A stretch of DNA of 64,000 nt from Neoconidiobolus thromboides FSU 785 (taxonomy: Eukaryota; Fungi; Entomophthoromycota), in contig MU626364.1 in assembly GCA_025603075.1 (NCBI GenBank), forward strand, positions 1 through 64,000, read 5' to 3'. A model generated the notes under the pieces. That model saw nothing but the letters and a program-made list of their open reading frames with translations, was not told the origin of the DNA and ran no database searches. Every line of letters begins with the position of its first letter. Position 1 is the stretch's first letter. This document shows, piece after piece, positions 47,308 through 57,977 of this stretch. The position numbers were made by a program, and so were the translations under genes.

Positions 47308-47810
47308 ATATATCTTTTATCCATGACTATATTTATGATATTTTTAATTAAATTTTTTTCAAACGTATGATTGGTTCAAATTATAACTGTTATTTTTTAA
47401 TTAAATTTGAGGCAATTTATGGATTTTTAATTTAATAACTATTTGAAATAAGTTTTTATAAAAAATAGACTTAATATCATTATCCCTTTTAACTTTATTT
47501 TCATTTTGTTTTATTTTATTTTATTTTATTCTAAACTATTTCATTAAATTCGAGTTCTAAAACTCCATTTTACTAGATATTTCCCTCAATTTTAAAACTT
47601 GCTCACCAATTTTTTATTATATTTTCAAATTTTTTTACTTAAACCAATAAAATTCAAGTCATTACTAAAAAAAGATTTTCAATTTCATAAACATCAACTT
47701 GTATTTCTCTATCTTCTTTTTTTTTCATTATTAGCTGCGAGATAATAATAAATTGAAAATTTATTTAAATATCTATTCATCCTTATCAATTCCAATAAAA
47801 CAATTATTTA

Positions 47811-48827
47811 ATGTCTAATATAGTCAGCAATAGCCCCATGGAAGCTCAACTTAATGAAGATAAGCAAAAAAATGAACCCAAGCTACCCAATTTAAATATA
47901 CGTTTAATGTGTAAAGATTGTCGTAATCCGATTCCAAATATAGTAGAAGAATTTGCCAGTGGTGATTTAGTATGTGGTGATTGTGGTTTGATATTGGGGG
48001 ATCGTATCATTGATACCCGTTCTGAATGGCGTACCTTTGCTAATGATGAAGGTGATGATCCTTCTCGTGTTGGTGCTGCTGCTAATCCATTACTCGAAGG
48101 CAATCAACTAGATACTGGTATTTCAAAATTAGGGGTTACTTCAGCTGCAGGGAAAGATATGATACGTTTTGTTAATCGAGCTAATAATAATAAAGGGATA
48201 AGAGGACGTTTACAAGCATTTAAAGATATAGCTGCTATGTGTGAAGCAGCTAATTATTCTAAACCAGTGATTGAAAAAGCAAAAGCTATTTATAAATTAG
48301 CTGAAGAAAGTAAATCCATTAGTACTAAAAAAACAGAAGTGATTATTGCAGCTTGTATCTTTATGGCTTGTAGAAGGGAAGGTGTACCACGTACATTTAA
48401 AGAAATTTCAAGTTTAGCTAGAGTTACTACTTCTGATATTGGTAAAGCTTATAAAACTTTAAAACGTAACATTGATGATGAAGGAGAACAAACAACTACA
48501 TCTACAGCAGATTTAATGCCAAGATTTTGTTCATTACTTAATTTACCAATGGAGGTACAAAATGCAGCTAGTAATTTGGCACAAAGTGCTACGAATATTC
48601 ATTCGGTTGCGGGTAGAAGTCCAGTTTCTATTGCTGCAGCAGCTATTTATTTTATGTCCCATTTATTTCAACAAGGTCGAAGTTTAAAACAGATTTCTGA
48701 TGTTTCAGGGGTATCTTCATCAACTATTAAATCCGCTTATAAAACTTTAGCTAATGAAAAAACTACTTTAGTTGATATTAATCAGTTCCAAGCTAAAGTT
48801 TCTTTCGCTTATCTTCCCCCTTGTTAA
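47811..48827 (+). CDS. SUA7: Transcription initiation factor IIB
   Basis: Zinc ribbon CKDC..CGDCG, B-reader IDTRSEWRTF..DPSRVG, two cyclin folds (GVPRTFKEI; GRSPVSIAAAAIY). Confidence 0.97.
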   Translation: MSNIVSNSPMEAQLNEDKQKNEPKLPNLNIRLMCKDCRNPIPNIVEEFASGDLVCGDCGLILGDRIIDTRSEWRTFANDEGDDPSRVGAAANPLLEGNQLDTGISKLGVTSAAGKDMIRFVNRANNNKGIRGRLQAFKDIAAMCEAANYSKPVIEKAKAIYKLAEESKSISTKKTEVIIAACIFMACRREGVPRTFKEISSLARVTTSDIGKAYKTLKRNIDDEGEQTTTSTADLMPRFCSLLNLPMEVQNAASNLAQSATNIHSVAGRSPVSIAAAAIYFMSHLFQQGRSLKQISDVSGVSSSTIKSAYKTLANEKTTLVDINQFQAKVSFAYLPPC

Positions 48828-49027
48828 TATTGGATGTCCACTACCTTGAGCTTTCATAAACTCTTCTTCTCTATTTTATTTGGATTGATAAAAAATATAT
48901 ATTATAAAATAAACTTCTATCTTTTGACTATATGTTTTTAAATTCTAATTTATTTGTTTAAATTAATTTCAATAAATAATAAGAATAATAAATTAATAAA
49001 ATATCAAATTATTCTATTTATTTGTCT

Positions 49028-50438
49028 TTAATCAAATACAATTTTATTACCCTTTGGTTTAACTGTAGCAATGGCCAACTTTTGTTGACGTTTGGCTTCC
49101 CAAGATGGATGCAATTTTTCTTCTTTTTTCTTCTTTTTGTTTTCTCCATTTCCTTTATATTCTCCCTTTCCTTTATATTCTCCTTTCCTTTTGTCTAATT
49201 TTTTTAAGGAAACATCCATATTAGCTTGAATTTGTAAATGATTGGCTTTTTGACCATATTTTTTCTCATTTAATCTAATGAAATTAAAACGAATTAGAAT
49301 ACATTACTTTATATCTATATCTATATTTATATTTATTTATACTTTTATATCAGTTAACTTACTGTCTCCTTTGCCTTTGTCCCATACGGTTTCTACCTTC
49401 AGCTCCATATAATTGTTTAAATTCTTCATCTTTTATATCAGCTAAATTATCCATATAAAGATTACTTGTCACATGTTTATTCTTAGTTTTATTTTTTAAT
49501 TCTTTATTGTTTGTCTTTGATCTTTTCTATTATAAATTTTATTGATTATTGTGAAATTTATTGTTATTAATTAACTTACTTCCATATCATTTCTACTTTC
49601 ATTATTATTATTACTTTCTTTTTCTTCTTTTTTACCCTAAAAATAAATTAGATTAATACTATTTATACTCGCCCCTCTCACTCTTACTTTTCCTTTAGCC
49701 TTAACTTTCTTTTCTGATAACCCCAAATCTACCATTAGTCCCAATTTAATTCCCTCCAATGCTTCTTTAACTTTTTTATTGGATATTACTTTATTCGTTA
49801 CTCTATTCATACTCTCTGATAATTTTTCTTTATCTTCCTCAAGTGCTGGGTAATCTAATAAGTCATTTATTTTCTTGTTTTCTTCAATATACTCTTTCAA
49901 TTGCTCTTGTTCATTCAATTTCCTATCTTTGGTGATTAATTTGTAGAGTAATTTTTTACTTAAGGATTCAGGATCAAGACACTAAAAGAGTGAAGAAAGA
50001 GTTACTATTTTTGTTTTTTATTTTTGTTTTTTATTTTTGTTTCTTGCTTTTATTTTTGAATATATAAATACTTTATCATGACTTTAAATATTACCTTTAA
50101 TAATTGAGTTTCTAATTCTAATAATTTGACCTCTTCTTGATGTTTTGAAATTTCTTGCTCTTCTTTACTATATTTTTAAAAAATGATATTAATATCAATG
50201 ATTATTTTATCACTCTATTTACAAATATAATAATTTACTTTTCCTCAATCAACTTCTGTATCCCTTTAATCTTTTTAATATACCTCAGCTTTTCCATACT
50301 TTTAATATTTTTCAACAACCTTATTATTTCAATAAGGTATTTATGCTATTATATTAAATATAGTTAAATAAATTTTACATTAGATACCATATCATAAACT
50401 ATTACTTTTGGTTGTTGTTCACTTCTTATCGATTTCAT
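49028..50438 (-). CDS. BUD22: BUD22/SRFBP1-family ribosome biogenesis protein, multi-exon
   Basis: Spliced GRNRMGQRQRR..EKKYGQKANHL and C-terminal EKLHPSWEAKRQQK..KGNKIVFD*. Start ATG 50438 is inferred from spliced upstream exons. Confidence 0.75.
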
Positions 50439-50596
50439 TTTAAAATTATAAAAAAAATTATAAAAAGAATTATAAAAAGAATTATAAAAAATAAAAAACT
50501 CAATTTAATAACCCAACTCATTTATTTAATTGGCTACAATTAAAATAAAATAAAAACAGCAACATAAACTCAATAACTTGATTTAACTCACTTTTA

Positions 50597-53500
50597 TTAC
50601 TCTATTGAACAATTATAATGTAATACAGTGCCATTGGGAAACCATTTAAAAGCAGAAATCCCGATTCTTTTTAAACAATAATTACAAATAGTATCTTTAT
50701 CAATAACAATTTTTTTTTGCTTATATTTTAACATTTGTTTATTTAATTGGTGTTGATAAGCTTTAGATAAATTTAGTTGTAATTTTTTAATATGTTGTTG
50801 AAATAAATTACTTTGAATATTTTTTAATAAAAATAATTCAATTTGTTTCATTTGAACATCATTTGGTAATAATTTTAAACTCTCTAATAAGGGTAAATAT
50901 TTAAAATATTGATTAATTAATTTGATATATTCTTCTTTTAGTTCGAATTTTAAATACATTTTTAATAATAAATAATAAATTTCTTCATTATTTTCAATTT
51001 GACAATATTCAATAGCTCCATTATAATCTTTTAATTTTTCTACTATTATATTTAATCCTAAATCATATCGTTTCAATTTATATAATATAATTGCTCTTGG
51101 TTTGTATAATAAATTAGTTGGTAGTCGACTCATTATTTTTTCATATTTATAATAACTTGGTATAGCTAATAAAAAATAAATTAATTCATTAATATGCTCT
51201 TGACATAAATTTAATATATTAATTAATTTATTATTATCCCTAATTGTTATTGTTTCATTATTATCATTTATTAATATCAAATCTTCCCAACTAATTGTAT
51301 TATTATTATTATCATTATTATTCTGCCAAATATAAGCTTCTAAATTTAAATTAATATCATTTTTTTTGTCCTCATTATTTACTTCACATTGCTTATGAAT
51401 ATCATCAAGTAACTTAATTAAACAATCAATTAATAACAAAGCATAATCTGTATGTACTTGTATATCATTAATATTTTGATGATTAGGTTTTGTTGCTTTT
51501 TTGAATCCTGTATATTTTTCATCCAATACATTTTTACAATAAATTAAAGCATATTGGTTATTAATACCTTTTAAAAAATCAATAATTTGTTTACAATTGT
51601 AACTTTCTGAATTCAAATGTTCTATTAAATATAAATTTAATGTTTCCTCTGGTGAATATTCAAAACAATAACTTGAATATTCCATAATTAAATTAAAATC
51701 TGTTATTCTTTTTAAATAATCTAAAATTGAGGTAATTATGATTTGATCTTCTTTCTTTTCTTTTTGACTTAATTCCTTTAATAGCTGTAGTCCATTTCTA
51801 TGTAATTCCTTATTAAAATATAACTCGGTTAATTCTTTATATTTTTTTAATTCCTTTAAAATACTTTCAATTTCTATTACATCCACATAATTTTTAATTC
51901 TTAATAATGGCCCTACCATAGCTTCATTAGTAACTAAATAACATTTAATTAAAGTGGTATCAATTAATTTCATTTCTTTTAATTCATTTTCTTTTAAATA
52001 ATAATTTCGATATTGAGTTAATATAATAATAAAACTTTCAATTGCTTTAATTAATCTATTGAAATTCCATTCTTCTGAATTAGTAATATAACTAGTCATA
52101 CTTTCATCTTCATTATTTGATATTGGACTATTACGATTACTCTTATTTTCTTTATTTTCTTTAATTTTTTCATAATCTTTAATAAACTCTTCCCATTTAC
52201 CATTAACTAATTTAGGAAATAATTCGGTTAATTCATTAACCTGAGTCTTTAATTCAAAAAACAAATTTAGTCCTAAATCATATTGACCATTGAAAAATTT
52301 ATCTAATGCTAACATTTTTTTAATCTCAATTTCTGTGTTTACCTTAATTTCACTAATTCGACTTTTATTTTGTTCTAATAACACTAAAGCTTCCGAATAT
52401 AATTTCAATTCTACTAATTGATTGATTTGATTAGCAAAATGAGATGGAAGCCAGCGATAAACTTGATTGTTAGTAGCTAAAAATGGGGCTTTTCCATCTT
52501 TAATAGCAATAATGGGGTTATTTAATTGCATTGTTTGTACTGTAATTTGAGAAGATAAATTTCTTACTTCAACTTGATTTTTAGTAATAATAAGAATATA
52601 TGGATAACAGTATAATAAATAATAAACTTCTTCTGGTAACTGTAATATTATGTCTCTTTCTACTTTTAATTTCTCATTAACAATAATACCAAATCCATCT
52701 TTTATTATTATCATTTGTTTTTCATTTAATCTTAACATAGGTAATTTATAGTGTTGATTAGATAAAATGGAATTTAATGGGTTATAGCTTGATACATATT
52801 GTGTTGATGTATAAGCAATACCTGATATCATAGATGCCATACCAGTTCTTATTGATGGTGTAGGTGATAACTTTCCTTTTTTTTCTACTGAACTTCCTAT
52901 TTTTTCTTCTTCTTGTTTTAAGTCATTATTATTATTATTATTATTGGAATTTTGATCGATATTTAAGTTAACGTTAATTTCTTTATAACTTCCATCATTT
53001 AGATCCATTTGATAATATTCTTTATTAATAGTACCAAGCCATAATTGAGTTGCTGTTAAAAAATTGATACTTCTAACTTTATCAGGGAGAGGGTATTCTT
53101 TTGTCTAATATAATAAACAAACGTATTAAATCCCTATTATTAATAAAATATAGTTTAAAAACTTACTTTTTCAGCATCAAACTCAGAATCCTTCCACATC
53201 ATCATAATTATACTTTTTTTACCTAATATACAAAGTCGAGTTGTCATTACTGGTATTCCACCTTTGTTTCCATTTTCTTCTTCTAACATTTCAATTCCAG
53301 TAAAAGTAACAAAAGATAATTGACCTTTAGCTTGGTTTAAAAAATAACTTGGTGCTAAAGAAGCTTGAAAAGATAATGTACTTAATTCATAAGCATTCAC
53401 TTGGTTATCGGTTAAAGCTAATAAGAGACCTAATTCTGAAATAATTTCTAGTTGATCAATAGATTTTTTAGAAAAAGATTTAAGACTCTTTAATAATTCT

Positions 53501-53694
53501 AGTTTGTAAGATTGACCATATTCATCAGTGTAAGCAATGGTGTCCTCAGAAGTGGGAGTAATGGGGATAATCTTATATAATAATAAGATACCACTTTGAG
53601 TTCCTATGTATAAAATATCTTTATGAAAGGTTATACTTTCAATTTTTATTGGAAGTTTATCCAGTAGTAGAATGGGTTCAAACGCATGGTACAT
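50597..53694 (-). CDS. VPS39: HOPS subunit Vam6/Vps39 (CNH domain, CHCR, C-terminal zinc finger); exons 53694-53167 and 53104-50597
   Basis: MYHAFEPILLLDKLPIKIESI N-terminus; IDTTLIKCYL..VGPLLR; C-terminal CNYCLKRIG..FPNGTVLHYNC. Intron 53166-53105 joins the two ORFs in frame. Confidence 0.88.
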
Positions 53695-54128
53695 TTTTAT
53701 GAGCTGGAAAATTAAAAAATGAAATTTAGATTTTGCTTTTTTGAGATTTTTTAAACGTCATTTTCTGTTCTATTTTCAATGTGTAATTTTTAGCTTTAGA
53801 ATCAAGTAGATATTTTTTAAGTTCAATCGAATATTATTAATATTTATAATTTTAGTATAATAATTTAATAAAAAAGTTAATAAAATAAGTATATTAACTT
53901 TACAACATCTTTTTTATTCAAACGCTTGAATTTTCAAATCATTAAGTACTAATAATTTATATTTGTTTTGATCTCGTTTTCATTCTACATTTTATTTTTC
54001 TATTATTAACTAGAAACTATCTTAACTTATCAATAACTACGGTTTAGCTTTATCATAAATTATTATTCAATCATTCAGCCTATTCATTTATACCTTTTAC
54101 ATACTATGCTCCCACTTAGTTTTATATG

Positions 54129-55844
54129 TTATAGCCAATCAAATGGATCAAATTCTAAATTCATATTTTCCAATGACTTAAATGGAGGGGATGGTGGAGA
54201 CATCTTAAACTCATTGACTTTTATTTTCTTTGAATTCTTATTTCCCGTCATCTCATTTTTAATTTCTATTTAGATAAAATAAAATAAGTTAAATTAAATT
54301 AATCTTTTATCTAAAATAAAATGAGTTATAAAACATACCATCCATATCAAATTGTAAATGATTGAATTCACCTTCTCTTTTATTATATAAATTATGTAAT
54401 TTGTTAAGGAAAAGTGTGTTTTCGTTAGGTTTACTATCAACGCTATCGTAAATTGATATTAATATTACTTATAAATCATAATAACTACTACCTCTCTTCT
54501 TTACATTCAAACTCCATAATATCCACTTGATGTTTTAACTCTTTTTCAATTCTTTTCAATTCTTTAGTATACTCCCTATGCTCATTGACCATCTTCTCCA
54601 AATCCCCTTCATTATCAAAACCTAAGTTATTCATGTTATCAAAACTTCTTACCTTTAAAAATAGAAACTATTAACTTACTTTCCATATTTATTTTATCCA
54701 TTTGATTCATCCATTCCTTCATATCATTCATAATATCTTTAACAATTTCATTTATGTTCATATCATTTTTTTTTTCTTTACTTAATTCACCTCCGTCAAT
54801 TAAAAGCTCACCATTTGAATTTATTAACTGTTCAAGCTGAGTCATGGGAATCATATTATTTTTATAACTCTCACTAAATGAATCCAAACAATTGAATATC
54901 TCTTGCTTATTAATTGGAGCTTCTTTATCCTCATAGCTAGCTAATATGGCTTTGTTTTTGTTCTAAAGGAATTAGTATTGTTTCAAAATAAATACAGATA
55001 AATATATCAACTTACTATTTTACTCTCAATACTTTTTATCTGTTGAGTTAGATCTTTGGCTTGAATTTTATACTCAGTTACTAAATTATCATGTTCTTTT
55101 ATTTGAGCCAGCATTTCTAATGTATTTTGAGTTGTTTTAGTCTATAAAATGGCAATCATTTTTTCAATATTTTATGATAAAATATATAATGAATATAATT
55201 ACTTTAATCTCATTTATATCTAATTTCTCAATATCTTCTATAGATTTGTTGTCTTCTACTAATTATTGTTTATAAATAATTTAATTTGATAGTAATGATA
55301 ATAAACTTAAAGCTTACTTAGAATTTTATCTAACTCTTGCTTTAACACGGTATAGCCTAAACCAACCAAAATCCAAAGGAACCTAAACCAATAAACATCA
55401 ATCGTCATCATAAAACATTCATTATAATATAATAAACTACCTTTCATTTCTATAATCTGAGAAATAAGAAAAGCGAATAGGAATAAATGACGGCCATTTG
55501 TTTTCTTTTTTTAAACTAAATAAACATTCAAAATAATATTTATTATTGATATTCGTTTGCTTAAGTTCGGAGTTTGGACACTTGCCTACATTCTAAATAA
55601 TTAAAGGTCAGAATAAAAACAATCTGTTAATTCTATTCCTGATTGAACATGGAATAGGAATTACCTTTTCTAAATCTTCGGAATTTAACTTAAAATATAG
55701 AAAATAAATTACCCATTCAATTTCTTTTTTTTGTTTCAGAAATGTATCATCCAGTCTTATCTCTATGGGTATTCCTTTTTGCTGAAAGAAACTAGTGATA
55801 TCAAGCAACTTTATTATGTTAAACAATGTCCGGTTTAAATCCAT
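54129..55844 (-). CDS. HAUS6/augmin subunit 6-like protein, multi-exon
   Basis: Not recovered as a whole by the ORF track. Spliced N-terminus IEWVIYFLYFKLNSEDLEK..CLFSLKKENKWPSFIPIRFSYFSDYRNERFLWILVGLGYTVLKQEL resembles the HAUS6 N-terminal domain; coiled-coil exons follow; ends FDPFDWL*. Confidence 0.65.
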
Positions 55845-56563
55845 GGTAACCAGATAACAATTTGGAATAAAAGGTAAAAAAGTTTTAAGCTTGAAGTTTC
55901 AGTAAATACTTGTTGAATTGGAATAAGATAAAACTAGCGAAAAAGTGAAACTGAAAATAAGAAACAACCACTAAAAGGAAATTTAGTAGTGATATTAAAA
56001 CAAGCTCAGTTTTATAAATAATAGTAATCCCATTAAAATAATATTGAAATAATTTAAAAATTAAATGAAAATTAAATAATTATTTTGAAACTATTTGTTT
56101 ATTTAATATAATGTGATTCCATACTAATCAGCTATACAAGCCGACCAATAGCTCCATTAAATTCCTTAAATCCAATCATCAAACTCCATCAAACCACTAA
56201 TTGAGTTAATCAATGATTAAATTAAAATCACCAAAGTTCAGAAGTAGGGCTCTTTAAAAACACCTACAAAGGTGAAGCCTTAAAGGAACCTACATTTAAC
56301 AATTCATAGAGTCAAAACTAAATTCACTTGATTTTTTTAAATAAATTGATAGAGTTATCTAATTAGAATTCGAAATCAAATCAAAAAATTAAAAGTAAAA
56401 TAAAAGATTGAGCTTCAATTTTTAATCTGTATACTTTTTATTGAAGCCATATTTTAAATGAACAAATCAAAATATAAATTTGTTATTACATCTTTTGTAA
56501 AAATGCATAAAACCCCAGCCAATTGGCAATTGTAAGCAGAAAACTAAAAACTTCAATATATAT

Positions 56564-56603
56564 GGGGATGTTTTTTTGGCTTCATTACTTTTTCCATCTT
56601 TTA
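56564..56603 (-). mobile_element. MITE half-copy
   Basis: ATAT|GGGGATGTTTTTTTGGCTTCATTACTTTTTCCATCTTTTA, then homology stops. Confidence 0.7.
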
Positions 56604-57112
56604 GACATTTTTGAAAAAGGTGTATTTCAACTAATTATTTAATAACTTAAAACTAAAATTTATTTAACATGGATTTAAACTTGTACATAACTATGTAAAG
56701 TTATACCATAAAAAATAAAAATAATTGTTTCAGAAACTTTTATTATATAAAGTAAAGTTCAAAAACAAAGCCTTTTAATACATATAAAAGCCTATTACAC
56801 GCTTAATTATTGAATAGTTTAAAAAAAATTAAATTTATAAAACTTTACCACTTTTAACTATTTATTTAAATCAAACTCAGCTTTGTATAGTAACTTAATA
56901 AATTTGAAACTATAAATATAGGTTTTTTTATTTAAAATCTTGTTTTTTTGTATCTAAATTTAGTATTGTTAGTTTACAATTTTTTTATTAATTTTTATTA
57001 TTAAATTAAAATCAGTTAGTTATCTTTTTAGTTTAAAAAACAAATTTTTATATAATTTTTTGTAATTAATATCATTTATTTTAAAATTGCAATTATGATA
57101 GTACATTAATAT

Positions 57113-57209
57113 GATAATGATTTTTTTTGTTCATTACTTTTTTCTTTTTTCAAGCACTATTAAGCCGAAAAAATGTTGATAGATTTCTTAGACAAAAAGA
57201 GACATCCCC
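57113..57209 (-). mobile_element. MITE copy, diverged
   Basis: ATAT|GATAATG..TTCATTACTTTT..AAGCACTAT..GACATCCCC|ATGT. Confidence 0.7.
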
Positions 57210-57338
57210 ATGTGTTATTATAAAATATCAACAAAAAAATTCATAATTATTGTACCAAGCTAAAATTAAGATTAAATTATACAAGTATTAATAAAATAAC
57301 AATTAAATAAAATAAAATAAAATAAAAATAGAACAAAT

Positions 57339-57428
57339 AAGAATGTATTTTTTTAATTTTACTAACAATCTTTCCACCCAAATAGCGCTTAAAAAATGGG
57401 AAAAGCAATGAAGTCAAAAAACGTTCTT
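57339..57428 (+). mobile_element. MITE copy with eroded ends
   Basis: AAGAATGT..TTTACTAACAATCTTTCCACCCAAATAGCGCTTAAAAAATGG..AAAAACGTTCTT. Confidence 0.75.
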
Positions 57429-57621
57429 ATAATATAAATTTAAAAGTATAAATCAGTATAAATATACAAACTATCTTTTTAACTATTAACAGCTATTAAA
57501 AAACAGTTAGTAGTTAGTCAAATAGTTTTTATGCTTATACTAGCTCATATCTTTAAATCTAAATTAATAATATTTCTTTTAAATAGTTCTCACTTTATAA
57601 TAAAGTCTTGTAAAAATATAT

Positions 57622-57707
57622 GGGGGTGTCTTTTCTGTTTCACCACCCTTTCCATTTTAAGTACTATTTGAGCGAAAAAGTTAGTAAAATTCTTAAAACA
57701 TATTTCC
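57622..57707 (-). mobile_element. MITE copy with deletions
   Basis: ATAT|GGGGGTGT..TTCCATTTTAAGTACTATTTGAGCG..GTTAGTAAAATTCTTAAA..TTTCC|ATAC. Confidence 0.7.
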
Positions 57708-57784
57708 ATACTTTAAAAATTATTCCTCTTTCATTAGTGTTACAATATAAATATTATTTACATCTTAAGCAGTAAGTATAACTT

Positions 57785-57857
57785 GCCTGATTAGCTCAGT
57801 CGGTAGAGCATGAGACTTTTAATCTCAGGGTCATGGGTTCGAGCCCCATATTAGGCT
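57785..57857 (+). tRNA. tRNA-Lys (TTT), intronless
   Basis: GCCTGAT TA GCTC AGTCGGTA GAGC A TGAGA CTTTTAA TCTCA GGGTC ATGGG TTCGAGC CCCAT ATTAGGC T; 73-nt cloverleaf. Confidence 0.96.
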
Positions 57858-57917
57858 AATTCTAACTAAAATTTTGAACTCTCAATTTATTGGGATTTTT
57901 GATTTTATGCTAGCTAG

Positions 57918-57977
57918 TCTTTCTGCTCAAATAGCGTTTAAAAAATGGAGAAGTGATCAAACCAAAAAAACATCCCT
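57918..57977 (+). mobile_element. MITE right-half fragment
   Basis: TCTTTCTGCTCAAATAGCGTTTAAAAAATGGAGAAGTGATCAAACCAAAAAAACATCCC. Confidence 0.7.
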
